From assembly GCA_951406725.2 (NCBI GenBank), contig OX597821.1:1860001-1924000 (forward strand): a DNA stretch of 64,000 bases, given 5' to 3'. Every line of letters starts with the position of its first letter. Positions within the stretch are counted from its first letter, which is position 1. The DNA is from Octopus vulgaris. Its lineage: Eukaryota. The notes beneath the pieces were generated by a model. That model was not told where the DNA came from. It worked only from the letters and a program-made list of their open reading frames with translations, and searched no databases. This document shows positions 1 through 15,229 of the stretch, one piece after another. A program made the position numbers and the translations under genes.

Positions 1-23
1 ATCTATCTATCTATCTCTCTATA

Positions 24-77
<54 letters not shown>

Positions 78-80
78 CTG
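1..80. repeat. (TATC)n microsatellite
   Basis: Direct tandem tetranucleotide. It is one of dozens of (TA)n, (CA)n, (GA)n and (TATC)n tracts in the window, which are not all listed. Confidence 0.95.
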
Positions 81-381
81 TCTGTCTCTGTCGACCTACC
101 TATCTATTTTACTCTCTCTCTCTCGGTCTATTGTATATTTCTACATATCTCTTTTTCCACCCGACTTCTTAATCGGGTCTCTACCCATTTATTCCCTTCT
201 TCCTATCCATCATAAAAAAGAACATCCATAAATATTTACATCATCACGTGTTGAATGGAATTCAAGGACATACATTACACACATTCCTTCCGTGACCTTT
301 GTATGTGTTAATATAAGATACACTCAAATAGTGTTGTATCTTTGATTATTCATTACTTTTACGGACCACTTTTTATTTGTG

Positions 382-482
<101 letters not shown>

Positions 483-662
483 GTATATATATATATCAGA
501 AGGTATGACTTAAGCAACTCTTGTGTATCTGCATCTATTGATCTATTTATTTCTCTGTCAATTAATGTATGCAAGCACTATGAAACTATCTATCTCTCTC
601 TCCCTGTGCCCGTCTTTCAATCAAGATTTCTATCTGTCTAACTCTTTACAAACATTTATGGG

Positions 663-788
<126 letters not shown>

Positions 789-819
789 CTGTGTGTGTGT
801 GTATGTATATGTATTTATA

Positions 820-851
<32 letters not shown>

Positions 852-1773
852 GTGTAATAAATAAAATATATGCATGCATATATACATATATGTACGTACC
901 TACATCTACATGTATATATACATGCATATATAAATATATATACGTGAGTACAGGACACCACAAATAGATGCAAAACTCAACGAGAACGAAAACGTAAAAA
1001 CAAGCATGGAACGAACTTTTTTTTACAAAGAAAAAACAGAGTACTAGACAAACTACACAAGGAAAAATCCACTTCATCAGCGGTCCCTAGTTCAACTCCA
1101 GCGTGTTTCGAAGGTGAGGACAGAACACGACTCGTCGAACTAGCCCTTCCTGCGAAGAAATTAAAGGAAATTACTTCGCAGAGGGGAAAAACAAGGAAAG
1201 AACGAATAGTGACACAAACAGGACGTAAAAACGATACAAATAAAATTACAAAATAAAATACAAAATAAAAATACAATTACAAAAAATCCAATAAAAGAAA
1301 TAAAAACACACAAGAAAACAACCAAAGAGGGCCTTTTTTGCCTAGACGAGGAGAGATTGAAGGAGCGCAAGAAAACCGTGTGTTTACAGTTAGAAGGCCG
1401 CATGCAAAAGGAAGTATTCGGCCGGCTGTGAGAGAGATGAGGAGGAGTGAGAGAGAGAGAGAGAGAGAGATAGAGGATTTATTACACTATTGTATGACTG
1501 AGCGCCTTCGCGTCGATTCGCTTTGATTCGTTCCGTTTCGTTTCGTTTCTTCTTCTTCTCCCAGTACAGTATATATATATATATATATATAAACAAACGA
1601 AAATGCATGCTTGATGACTTATTATCATGTTCTATTGACACTTGGACAAGTCATGTATAAAACTATATTAAAGCATTTTATAGTTATACAAAGAAAGATA
1701 TAGATATACAGGAAAGTCGAAAAGAAAAGAAAGAAGGAGGAAAAAGTCGCCAACATCTACTACGTCTGGTAAC

Positions 1774-1862
<89 letters not shown>

Positions 1863-1994
1863 GACAATGACGTAGGGGGGTCGACAATTTCTTACTGAAC
1901 AATCACACAGATGATTTGTTTATAGTGATCAAATGTCTGTGTAGACAGAAGCTCACTCCCTCTATCAGATCGACATTGCTTGTACAGGTGCAAT

Positions 1995-2138
1995 GGGTGC
2001 CATATGTCAAATGTCAAAATGATCCCAGAGCAACGTGAAATGAAGTGCATTGCTCAAGAACACAACGCAATGCCCGGTCTAGGAATCGAACCCACGATCT
2101 CCAAATCGTGAGTGCAACACCTTAACCACTAAGCCATA
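1995..2138 (-). mobile_element. tRNA-derived SINE fragment
   Basis: The minus strand reads tggcttagtggttaagg (A box), then ggttcgattcc (B box), then gttgtgttcttgagcaatgcacttc, a typical SINE body. Confidence 0.7.
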
Positions 2139-2384
2139 TAAAGGGGTGAGTATTTAAAAACACAGTATATACAAACGAACAATGCGTATGCAAAGTCGAA
2201 ATATGAAATTTGTGCGTGATTAAAAAAAATGTGTGGAAATTGTCTTGCATTTAGAAGTAGTACCTTTCACGAAGAAGGGAAGATCTAAATGTAAAAGGAC
2301 ATTGAAAAGATGAGAGTTACTGATGCAGAGAGTGTTTTAATCCGAAGTAATGCAATAAAGATGCATTTTGAAAACTTCGTCGTG

Positions 2385-2586
2385 TACGAGGAGGTACTGA
2401 AAAGCTCTTGACGGTAGAATCGGTTAATTATGATTTTATTTAGCATGTCCCCGTCTCAGATTCATACACTTATTGCAGCTTTCCTTCAATTTCCTTAAAC
2501 GCTGTAAAAGAACTTGGAAGGTCGGGGCTCCAAACAGGCCTTTCGCGTTACCCTTTAAGCCAGGAACTTTTCAGCAGCGCCTTCTA
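2385..2586. mobile_element. Mariner-type MITE
   Basis: Imperfect TIRs tacgaggaggtactgaaaagctcttgac and gccaggaacttttcagcagcgccttcta, with TA at both ends and no ORF. Confidence 0.65.
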
Positions 2587-3581
2587 TACCTTGGTAAAAG
2601 ATACAAAACCCGTTGATTTGTGAAAAGTAGGGGCTAAATTGTCAATAGAACCGAGAGTTCGAAACACTGAAATTATGCCAACCTAAATGCCGTTCAGTCG
2701 TGTAACTGCAACGTTAGGTTTATCTATTATTTAATACAGTTTTGAGAAATATTGTCTATCAACGCAGTGTTTATAGGGTTAGATTTATGCATTGCTGTTT
2801 CGTGTTGCAGCGTGCAACAAATACAGCATATGACAATTGGACAAACCGGCGTTATGAGAAAGACATTTGTCTTAAGTGTTGGACACCGGGAAACAGAGCA
2901 GGAAATTAGTCTGTTTTTCAGAATACGATTCTTAACCACACAGCTGTATCCCTGTTCAATCCAATCCAATCATCCAAACAAAGCTAATCATACAAGAACA
3001 GCGAGTTCAAATCATTACAGAATTATGCGGCTTGTTATGGAAATATGTCTTCGGGGTATATTTAAATTTGCCTTAAAGGAAATCGCTATCCTTATTTATT
3101 TGGCGATTCCGATATTTCTACATCATCCAACTTTTTTCTGCGGTCATAATAAGCAGCTTTGACCCCACCGAAAACTTACAAGATATATGTTAATTTTTCC
3201 AACAGAGATTTCAATGTCACTTTGACCACCGAGAAACACTGATTCATGCCATGAATAATCTTTATCGATTACTGCTCATGATGTTGATCTCTCTGCCACG
3301 GAACGAAATACATTTTCCTCCTAGGCATTTGCGTATGCACACACACACACACACACACACACTTATGTACATATCTATATCTGTATATATCTGTCTATGC
3401 CCGTGTGTATGTGCCTGTCTGTCTGTTTGTTTGTCTCTTTGGCTGTATGTCTGTCTGACTGGCTGATTGGCTCCCTGTCAGCCTTACAGTTTATATGGCT
3501 ATCTAACTATGTGTCTCTCCCTCCCTCACTTCCCCTTGCTCTCCCTTTCTCTCTTCCATCTTAAGCCCCTCTCTCTCTTCC

Positions 3582-3635
<54 letters not shown>

Positions 3636-3705
3636 TGTGTATACATATAAATATGTATATATGTATACATCTATTTATCTATTTATCTATCTGTTTATCT
3701 ATCTC

Positions 3706-3757
<52 letters not shown>

Positions 3758-3932
3758 GTTGAAGAAAAATCTATTTCATTCTATGGCAAATTGTTCCACT
3801 TTATGAGCAGTATCCCATGCACATTTTCATAAAATACGCGTTCTTTACGCATGTAGGCGTACGTGTGCATGTGTGAATGACTATGCGTACATACATACGT
3901 ACACACATACATACATGCGTACATATATATGC

Positions 3933-3975
<43 letters not shown>

Positions 3976-4294
3976 CATATATATATGTGTGTGTGCGTGT
4001 ATATATATATACATATGTATGTGTATATACATGAATGTATATGTATATATATATATATGTAGAGAGAGAGAGGGGGGAAAGAGAGACAGAGAGACAACAT
4101 ATTTATGCACACACACACACATATATATATAGAAATATATATATATACACACACGAAGCTCATACATACGAGCTAATCGACAGGGGATACTATGCTCCCA
4201 AGAGAGTGATATACGTTTACACGTATACACACATACATACACGCATACAAATATTCACCCTTACCCCCCCCCGACATATATGGAGTGTGTGTGA

Positions 4295-4330
<36 letters not shown>

Positions 4331-4688
4331 TACAGAAGACAATGCTTCTATAAAGCTCTCCAAATTATAAAGCATGGCTGTTTTTCGTTTTAATTTCCTT
4401 TCAAAATGTTCAGGTTTACATTTCTTATTAACATTCTGCTTTATTGTCCCATCAAAACCGAAGATGACGTTGGTAATTAACATTTTCATGAAAATAATTT
4501 CAAAATAGAAGAATTTCCTATCATTTCAGTTTTTCTAATATAAATACATATTGATAACTTGTCTTTCTAGCTTTAGTTAGATGGCATACACACTAGGTAG
4601 ACACATACGAATAGACACAAATGCACACACACGTTTATACATACATACACGCTCATATGATATATATATATATGTATATATATGTGTT

Positions 4689-4736
<48 letters not shown>

Positions 4737-5890
4737 CAGGTATATATATATATATATATGCACACATATATATAGAGAGAGGGAGGAAGAGACAGAGAAA
4801 GAGAGGGAAGGTGAGATAAATAGATCGACAGACAGACAGGTACATAGATAGACAGATAGAGTGATTGGTAAATAGATAGATAGACAGGTGGATAGAGAGG
4901 GAGAGAGGGAGAGAAGGAGAGAGGGAGAGAGAGATTGATAGACAGATAGATTGATGCATTTCAACTGGAGCATCAATTCTTGTGCAAAAAGGGACGGATC
5001 TCAAAGTGATTAATTAAATAAACCAATAATTAACTAATAATGAGCATGCATTCAGTAACTTTTGCTGTATGATTTGAAATTTAATTCATGGTTTTAAATG
5101 TTCAGTATTATGCCCATTGGATTTACCATTCATCTGACTACCGCTTTCTTTATCCCTCCTTAGCTATAAGCTGTAGGCTAATCCTTTCATCCTTTGATCC
5201 ACAAAAACTGGAGTTCTCTGATGAGATTCTATAAAGATTTCAGTACGAAAATACATTTTCTTTGAAAGGGAAAATAAAAATAAAGATTTTCTTATATATT
5301 TCTCTACATTTTACAGCGATGTTAGAAGCGTGTGATTAAAAGTTATTCCTGAAAATGAAACTGGTGTTTTAAGCAGAATTGTTCGGAGTTGAGGAAAATG
5401 CTTTACATTATTTGAACCACCCCGGACATTCAGAACTCAAATAACACTAATCTCAGCTTTGATTTTCATCCTATCGTAGACGGTAACGTATGATACCAAC
5501 AATACACTGAGGTCCATGGTATCAAATAAACACAACTATTTTCAGAATTCGGGGCCTTCTGTTTAAATTGACAACATTTGGGGATCACTAGTACGTTACT
5601 CTGTCGGGAAATTTTTTTTCCGATTTGTTCCAGGTCTTTTTATGTTATGAGGTCGAATCTTGCTGAAGTCAATCAACTTGGCCTTTCAGCCTTTCAGACT
5701 CCACAAACGAAATACCAATACCAGTCATGTACTGAGGTGGTTGCTGCTGACTTAACCCTTCCCCTCAAAAATTTCAGGCTTTTCGCCTGCGTGAGAAACG
5801 ATTATTAATAGATATAACTTGTATTTGAAGTACAAGAAACCAATGAACATCTATTCAATAATACCACACAATAATGAAGATAATGAAACA

Positions 5891-5925
<35 letters not shown>

Positions 5926-6775
5926 TAATAACAATGTTGCGAATGATAATAAACAAAAAGGAAAAAGGCCAATAATAACATAATAATATAGCATAAACAC
6001 AATAGACATCATCAACATTATCAACAACATTTTTGCACAACGAAAACATTAAAAGAAAAAAAAATGCATAACAAAATAAAAAATAGAAAGCGCAAAACAA
6101 AAATAACTAAAGCTGTGACATTTACAGATCTATAGTGTAGATAAAGATTTATACAACAAAAATACAAACGAAGACCGCAATGGCAGACATAATCAATAGA
6201 GTATTAATAGCAACAACAACAACAACAACAAAAACACCAACAAAAACAACAAAACAACAACAATACAATAACAGTATGAAATCCAACTTCAAAAATAAAA
6301 TTTCAAATGCAGAACGGATGGCCTTATAAACCAAAATTCTTTAGAATCTCTCTCGATTCGTGACATTTCAGTGTCTGGCAATTGTTCATTATCCTTGGAT
6401 GTCGGCACGGAATCGGATCTTGGTTAGTGTGGAACACAGCAATACATCTATAGACGAACTCACAGACATTCATGTGTTTTATCGACAACCATGCGAAGAC
6501 AATAGCCGTATGTGTACGTGTATATCTGTGTATATATGTGAGTCCATTATGTATGCATTTGTGTGTATACGTATGCTGGTATCATATTTATATGAGAGTG
6601 TTTGTATATGCTTGTGTGATCTGTTTGTACGCAATATATATGTATACACATATATATATATATATAGAAGTATGCGTCTCTGTGCATTTATGTTATGTAC
6701 GTATGCATGCATATTTATGAGTGTGTATTTCTATACACGATCACTCACAAGCATAAGATTTCACCATATACATAC

Positions 6776-6810
<35 letters not shown>

Positions 6811-7576
6811 CATACATATATATATATGTGTGTGTGTATGTGTATGATATATATTATACATATATTTATATATATGCATATATATATATATATATACATA
6901 TATATATACATATATATCTATACATATATATCTATATCTATCTAACTATCTATCTATCTATCTATCTATCTATATATCTATATATATATATATATATATA
7001 TATGTTTAATATGAGAGAGAGAGAGAGAGTAAAATACGGTTTTATACACACACACCCATGCGCGCACACATATACACGCACGCACACACGCACGCACACA
7101 CACACGCACTTCCCCACACACACGCACTTCCCCACACACACAGGAATAGCTCTTTCAAATTTTCTAATATTGATATTGAAGACACCCGTAGAGCTCAAAG
7201 TTAATTATGTTTTCTATAAAAGATTTTTTTTTTGTTTGATATCAGATTTTTCATTGTTTATGTTTTATCTGGAGTAATGCGTTTCTTAGATCTGTTACCA
7301 TTTCGGGATGTTCTAGGTCTCACCTTCTAAATGAAGTAGTAATTATTGGCGTGTTCATGTCGCGTAATTGTAGTAACCAGCTTGATATCTGTGAAATGAT
7401 CTCGTAACATAAAATCAACATTTCTCGATTTATAATTATTAAACAGTCAAATCGTGGCCATCTCATTACAGTAATCCATGTATATACGTATATATGTATA
7501 TACGTATATATGTATATATGTATATATGTATATATGTATATATATGTATATATATATAATTATAGATATGTAAGTA

Positions 7577-7630
<54 letters not shown>

Positions 7631-7769
7631 TATATCTGCATATGTATATGTTTATATATACATACACACACACGCGCACACACACACACACACAAACACA
7701 TATATATATATGTATATATATATGCATGTATATATATATGTGTACGTACATATATATATATATATGTAC

Positions 7770-7817
<48 letters not shown>

Positions 7818-7819
<2 letters not shown>

Positions 7820-8376
7820 CTGTGTGGTAAGTAGCTTGCTTATGAACTACATGGTTCCGGGTTCAGTCCACTGCGTGGCATCTTGGGCAATTGTCTTCTA
7901 CTATAGCCTCGGGCCGACCAAAGCCTTGTGAGTGGATTTGGTAGACGGAAACTGAAAGAAGCCCGTCGTATATATGTATGTATATATATATATATGTGTG
8001 TTTGTGTGTCTGTGTTTGTCCCCCTAGCATTGCTTGACAACCGATGCTGGTGTGTTACGTCCCCGTCACTTAGCGGTTCGGCAAAAAGAGACCGATAGAA
8101 TAAGTACTGGGCTTACAAAGTCCCGAGGTCGATTTCCTCGACTAAAGGCTGTGCTCCAGCATGTCCGCAGTCAAATGACTGAAACAAGTAAAAAAAGTAA
8201 AGTAAAAGTAAAAGTATATATATATATATATATATATATGAGCGGTTCGGCAAAAAAGACCGATAGAATAAGTAGTAGGGTCACAAAGAATAAGTCCTGG
8301 GGACGATTTGTTCAACTAAATGCCGGGCTCCAGCATGGTCGCAGTCTAATGACTGAAACAAATAAAAGAATAGAAG
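7818..8376 (+). mobile_element. tRNA-derived SINE family A (full copy plus duplicated tail)
   Basis: Head gctgtgtggtaagtagcttgct...ccgggttcagtcccactg, a CORE-like cttgggcaa motif, an internal (TA)/(TG) tract, and a tail ending gctccagcatg...gactgaaacaagtaaaa. The tail is repeated at 8240-8376. Confidence 0.85.
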
Positions 8377-8377
8377 A

Positions 8378-8413
<36 letters not shown>

Positions 8414-8882
8414 ATGTCTTTGTGTGTGCGTGCGTGTGTGTGTGTGTGTGTATGTTTTGGGACACTTTAATGTGGTTCTTCTCTAAGAGACGAAGTTACG
8501 TTAAGAGACGAACAAACCATACCAACCTCTGGAAGACGTAACCTCCAGCTGACCCAATCAGTGTGCTTACCCTACACGATATATTTTGCAAGCAGGAGAG
8601 AACTCCTGTCACCTTAGACCGCCCCCTATACCAGTAGACAACGTAGTTTTCGTCTGTATAGGATCTCGTCGGTGGTGGGTACTAGTTTGCCAGGCATCGA
8701 AGCAGTGTTGCCTCGCTTGCAATATTTAGAAACTACAGTGTGATAGAATCAGTGATTTTGTAACTAGGAACGTAGTTCGTTAGAAAATCTCTGCCCGAAA
8801 CTGAAGCAGTATATGAACCCACCAAAAGAATTGTTTGTGACCATGCTATATATATATATATATATATCGTGTAGTATATGTG

Positions 8883-9267
8883 CACCTAAATATGGAAGTC
8901 CCATAAGGGACGATGCTACTGTTGTTTATAGCCTCAGGAAGATATCTTCTCCAGCTGGCTAACGACACACCATCTGTGTCTGATACACTCAGACCCGGGT
9001 CATCAGTAACGCGTCATCAGTGTGTGATAATTACCAGCTAGCGATAAGAACTCATTTCAATCGCAAAATACTATATGCTTTTACCAGTGACAAACACTGA
9101 TGACGGGTCTGTGTGTACCACGTAAGACTAGAGATGGGAACGATGATTTCCCTTCGAAAATACTAAGCAGACACAGATACTGTATCGTTAGCCAGCTAGA
9201 AGAGATCCCTTCCTGGGGTTATAAACAACAGTAGCATCGTCCCCTTTGGGACCGCCGCATTTAGGTG
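8883..9267. mobile_element. Small element with ~100-bp imperfect inverted arms
   Basis: 8883-8982 is the reverse complement of about 9168-9267. A further inner inverted pair (about 8985-9006 and 9096-9116) contains CTGATGA. Confidence 0.75.
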
Positions 9268-9341
9268 GCGAATATAGTTAATGATTCCGTGCTGCTACTG
9301 TTTACTTCTCGCCTAGATATTTAATAATGCTATATACATAC

Positions 9342-9647
<306 letters not shown>

Positions 9648-10194
9648 TATATATGTGTGTGTGTGTGTGTGTGAACTATAATAATAATGATTATTACGAA
9701 GTTGCATAGCATTACCTTTAATTCTTTTAATATATATACAAATTTACACAGACACGCACACACACACATTCATATTGTATACATGCATATCGATTTACGA
9801 ATATCCTTCTCTTGGACTGTCTATCTGGGTATCCCTTGAATTTTCTTCCAACTGGCTGAGCACGGTACAGATACATGAAACTTCATTCTGTGGACGCAAT
9901 AAAGCATAAGCTACACACGGTCAGACGTCTGAATTAAATATTCAATTCATGCGATGCTCCTCCATACAATTACAATTTCCATCTACACAAATACGTTGGG
10001 AAATGTATATGGCCGGTGTATTCTGGTAAAAAAGAAAATACTTCTCTGAAATAACGTGTAGTGGAAACGAACCCAGAACATCATACTAGCGTAATGAACT
10101 TCTGAATTATTCAGTATTTGTCTGTCTGTCTGTCTCTGTCTCTCTCTTTCTTTCTCTCTCTCTCTCTCCACACACATATATGTGTATATATATA

Positions 10195-10257
<63 letters not shown>

Positions 10258-10260
10258 ATG

Positions 10261-10297
<37 letters not shown>

Positions 10298-10457
10298 ACA
10301 CATACACACATATATATTGCAATGACCTCGAACCCACAAGAGTAAACAAAAGAGACAGGCAGAAACAAGGAAAATGCCACTTGTATTTGAACAGTATACA
10401 AATATCATTTTTAAAAAACTTTTAATTTTTCTAAATTCAATTGTTTTCCATACTTAA

Positions 10458-10491
10458 AGTTGAAAAAGTCTCAATGACTGAAACCGGTACT
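10458..10491 (+). ncRNA. Degenerate minimal hammerhead motif
   Basis: ag-TTGAAAA-AGTC-tcaat-GACT-GAAA-CCGG-TA-ct. Helix II, GAAA, the palindromic loop 3 and the UH site are intact. The CUGANGA core has two substitutions. Confidence 0.45.
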
Positions 10492-10554
10492 GAAATATTT
10501 TTTATAAAATTGTTTTAGCATTTTCTATCTTGACTTTTTTTTACTTATATATAT

Positions 10555-10682
10555 GAGAAGAAAATGGATAAAGCAACAATGGGAAGCTCGTGATTTACGC
10601 TGGTATGTCTTTTATTAAATAGGTAAAGACATACCAGTGTAAACCACGAGTTTCCCATTGTTATTATATCCATTTTCTTCTC
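10555..10682. repeat. ~58-bp-arm inverted repeat (fold-back hairpin)
   Basis: gagaagaaaatggata...ctggtatgtcttt pairs with aaagacataccag...tatccattttcttctc around a ~12-nt spacer. Confidence 0.85.
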
Positions 10683-10824
10683 CTATATAACCTAAACTAC
10701 GGTTTACCAACCGAACCACCTGCTACCGTACAACCCTACAAAAGACTGTACCTACACAGCTAATAGCCAGGAATCACTCTGGATTTAATTATCACTTAGA
10801 GGCATTAAACCCCTCTAACTGATA

Positions 10825-10900
<76 letters not shown>

Positions 10901-10984
10901 TTGTTGATGTGCTAAGAATTTATAAGTTTGGACAGAATGTGGAACTATTGCTTTTTTGGAAAAGCTATAACTAATCAATTCTAT

Positions 10985-11558
10985 TGTTGGCAGTATGTCT
11001 CAAATTTTAGGGGAGGAGGCTACATGAATACATCGACCTCAGAGTTTTGTTGGAACTTAGTTTAACGACCCCTACAAACGTAGACAGACGACATACCACT
11101 AAGCATTTTGCCCGGAATGCTAACGATTCTGCCAGCTCACCGCCTTAATAAGGCTATAAATAATCCTTTATAATATAGGCGCTAGGCCTGCAATTTGGGG
11201 GAGGGGATAGTCAATTTCAATGACTACAGTGTTTCACTGGTAGTCAATTTAGCGATCCCAAAAGAATGGAGGGCAAAGCCGACCTCGGCGAAGTATGAAC
11301 TCAGAACGTTGCGGCTGACGAAATACCTATTTCTTTACTGCCCACAAGGAGCTACACACAGAGGGGGAAAACAAGGACAGAAAAACGGACAAAGTCGATT
11401 ATATCGACCCCAGTGCGTAACTGGTACTTATTTAAACGACCCCGAAAGGATGAAAGGCAAAGTTGACCTCGGCGTTATTTGAACTCAGAACGTAGCGGCT
11501 GACGAAATACCGCTACGCATTTCGCTCGTCGTGCTAACTTTTCTGCCAGCTCGGTGCC
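10985..11558 (-). mobile_element. SINE family B, adjacent copies
   Basis: Reverse complement of ggcggcgagctggcagaa...gagttcaaattccgccgaggtcgactttgcctttcatcctttcggggtcg, with internally repeated modules. Confidence 0.8.
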
Positions 11559-11889
11559 TTATGAAGCTATAAATAATACCATCAAAAATCCCGGTCAGAT
11601 AGAAAATGTATACTGTACTTGGGACACGAAACAGCATGTCTTGTATATCACAGAAACAATGCAATCCTTCGAATATCTCTATCCATTTAAGAAACTTTAT
11701 TCGTACCAACGAAATGTTAGGAGATATGGTCTACAGTTCTCTGAATAGCTTCTGACTTTTTCTATGAAAAGCTTTCCTTAACTCAATATTTCAATCTTAT
11801 AATTTATTGCGCGTGGAGAAGTCATTAAGATGTTGCAGTAATGAGTCAAAAATTGTGGATATGGATATATATATATATATCCATATATA

Positions 11890-14413
11890 TTCAATCTGCC
11901 CAATGTCAGATGGCCCGAGGGCCTTTCTCTCCCAGGAATGACAAGATGTGAACGAGGACAGGCGAGGTCTCTCCTGAACCTCATCAACACCCTGTACATG
12001 GAGCAGGTAATACTCCAACCAACCAGGGCAGGTAACACACTGGATCTCTGCTTCACAAATGACATGGATCTCATCCATAATGTGAAAGTGACACCGACAC
12101 TACTCTCGGATCACAACATGGTAGAGCTGACCATGTACGGGCCAAAAGAGAGCACGGACATGCAGCCTACAAGAAACCCTCAAAATCTTTCCAGCTTGAA
12201 CTACCATAAGGCAAACTGGAAACAAATTGAGAAAGAGATCCTCAAACAAAACTGGCCTGAATGTCTCTCCTCGCCAGACATTGACGTGAAACTTCAACAA
12301 TTCATGTCTGTAATGCAAGCCATATGCTACAAATGTGTCCCAGAGAGAAAGGCCACTGTACACAAGAACAAAATCCCCAGAGAGAGGAAAATTTTAATGA
12401 GACGGCGTACGAAATTTTCAAATCGCCTAAACAAACAGATTGAAAGCAGTGAAAAGTCCCGCCTAAAAATAAAACTGTTGGAAATCGAAAAATGTCTGCA
12501 ACTCTCCCATGAAAAAGAAAGAGCAGACAAAGAAGCCTGGGCTATAGAAAACATAAAATCTAACCCCAGAGCTTTCTACAGGTATGCCAAAGAAACAGCT
12601 ACAGTGCACTGTAGAATAGGGCCACTCCTCGAAAAGGATGGCACACTTACAGGAAAACCAATGAGGGTAAGTGAAATACTGAATGAGCAATTCAAGAGTG
12701 TTTTCACTCCACCCCTTGGGCATCTCCAAATCACCAATCCAACTGACTTTTTTACCACTGCAGATATAAAATCAGAGGCGGCGACGATAGATTACATCGA
12801 TATAAAGGAAGACGATGTAACCAAGGCTATAGATGAAATGAAAACAGACTCAGCTACTGGCCCCGATGGATTCCCGGCAATCCTCCTAAAAGCATGTAAG
12901 AGAGTCCTAGCAAGACCACTGCAGTTCCTCTTTCAGAGCTTCCTTGCAGCTGGCAAACTTCCAGGAAAACTGAAGGAAGGTAAAATATGCCCCATTCATA
13001 AAGGAGGTAGCAGAGCGGAAGCCAAGAACTATAGACCTATCTATCTGACCTCACACATCAGCAAGGTCATGGAACGAATAGTCAGAAGGAAGCTGATCAC
13101 CTTCCTTGAAGAAAATGACTTGCTGCCCGACACCCAACATGGTTTCCGACCAGGGAGAAGCTGTTTAACTCAGCTCCTACGACACTATGACTGGGTGCTG
13201 AAACGGCTGCTCAACCACTCAAATGTGGAAGTGATATATCTCGACTTTGCAAAGGCCTTTGATAAAGTCGATCATGGAATGATATGTCACAAACTGCGTG
13301 ATCTCAACATAGTTGGAAAACTGGGAGAATGGCTTCATGACTTTCTGAAGGATAGAAGTCAGGTGGTAGTAGCCAATGGGGCCACCTCCATTAACACACA
13401 AATAGTGAGCGGTGTTCCGCAGGGCACTGTTCTGGGACCACTACTGTTCATAATGGCCCTCTCAGACATGCCCTCAGCCACGCAGAGAGCCACGATCACA
13501 AGTTATGCAGATGATACAAAAGTTTCACAGGCAATACAGAACCCTGAGGACACTAAACACCTGCAATGTGAGCTGGACGAAATATACAAGTGGGCTGAAA
13601 AGAATAGCATGCAGTTCAATGCTGGAAAGTTTCAAGCTTTATACTATCAGCATGCAAAACTGAATGCAATACCCAATGAATACACTGGACCCGGAGGGAT
13701 TGCAATCCCAGAGGCACAATCAGTGCGTGACCTGGGTATTCACATGAGTGATGACGCGACCTTTCATGTACATGTTGCTAAACTGACAATGAAATGTAGA
13801 CGGCTGGCTGGATGGATTCTTAGAACCTTTAGAACAAGAGAACAAGAAACCATGATGGTCCTCTGGAAGACACTTGTCCTAAGCCACTTTGACTATTGCT
13901 CTCAGCTATGGTCACCATCCAGTGTCAAGTTGATCACAGAACTTGAGGCGATCCAACGAAGCTACACAAAGAAGATAGCCTCTATGCAGAATGTAAGCTA
14001 CTGGGAAAGACTCAAGAGATTAAAATTATATTCCCTGGAGCGTAGGCGGGAAAGATATGCCATAATATACATCTGGAAGATCCTGGAGGGAAGTGTCCTG
14101 AACTTTGGCATCGAGAGTTACGCAAATGCCAGAACTGGGCGCACTGCGTGGTGCCTAGGACTCCAAACCTGCCATCAAGATGTAGGACAAGATACTGTGA
14201 TAGCCTGGCTTCCGAGGCCCACAGCTCTTCAATATCCTCCCGAAGAACCTGAGAGACCTGCATGGGGTGGATACAGATGTCTTTAAAATGAAGCTGGATC
14301 TCTTCCTGTCAGGTGTCCCAGATGAACCAACTTCACGGCAGGAGGGGCAGATGAGGGCAGCTGCATCGAACTCTCTCATGCACCAAATAGCAGTTGCTAG
14401 AAAGCCTCCATGA
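11890..14413 (+). pseudogene. LINE ORF2 (APE C-terminus plus reverse transcriptase), 5'-truncated, with two distal frameshifts
   Basis: Motifs PTRAGNTLDL, SDHNMV, NYRPI, QHGFR, YLDFAKAFDKV, SGVPQGTVLGP and YADD. After -1 shifts near 14141 and 14207 it continues GFRGPQLFNILP...VPDEP...RAAASNSL to TGA at 14411-14413. Confidence 0.88.
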
Positions 14414-14500
14414 AGTGAAACCAAGTAGCAACACAAATGGCGGTGCCCCAGCATACAGCTCATAAGCTGAAACTAGAATCAATCAATCAATCAATCAATC
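11890..14500 (+). mobile_element. 5'-truncated CR1/L2-group LINE
   Basis: Begins within the AP-endonuclease motif (FNLPNVRW in frame from 11890). The RT ORF is followed by a short 3' UTR and an (AATC)6 tail at 14477-14500. It is embedded in (TA)n. Confidence 0.85.
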
Positions 14501-14526
14501 ATATACATATATATATATATATACAC

Positions 14527-14620
<94 letters not shown>

Positions 14621-14636
14621 ATACATACATATATAT

Positions 14637-14847
14637 CATTTTACTTGTTTCAGTTATTTAACTGTGGCCAATCTGGAGCACCGCCTTTAGTCGAGCAAGT
14701 CGACCCCGGGACTTATTCTTTGGAAGTTTAGTACTTATTCTATCGGTTTCTTTTACCGAACTGCTACGTTACGGGAACGTAAACACACCATCATCGGTTG
14801 TCAAGCGATGTTGGGGGACAAACACAGACACACAAACATATACAGAC

Positions 14848-14892
<45 letters not shown>

Positions 14893-15062
14893 TACGACGG
14901 GCTTCTTTCAGTTTCTATCTACGAAATCCTCTCACAAGGCTTTAGTCGGCCCGAGATTATAGTAGAAGACACTTGCCCAAGGTGCTACGTAGTAGGACTG
15001 AACCCGGAACCATGTTGTTGGTAAGCAAGCTACTTACCATACAACCACTCTTGCGCCGCGCA
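14637..15062 (-). mobile_element. SINE family A
   Basis: Full-length reverse-complement match to the 7818 and 20331 copies. Confidence 0.85.
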
Positions 15063-15068
15063 CACATA

Positions 15069-15229
<161 letters not shown>

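Noticed and set aside
1060-1125. Minus-strand GAAAC...CTGATGA, a possible permuted (type II) hammerhead in a TA-flanked segment
   Set aside because: I could not close helices I or II. It would need a family consensus.
5212-5255. CTGATGA...GAAA
   Set aside because: Helix II is weak, spacing before GAAA is wrong, and helices I and III are absent.
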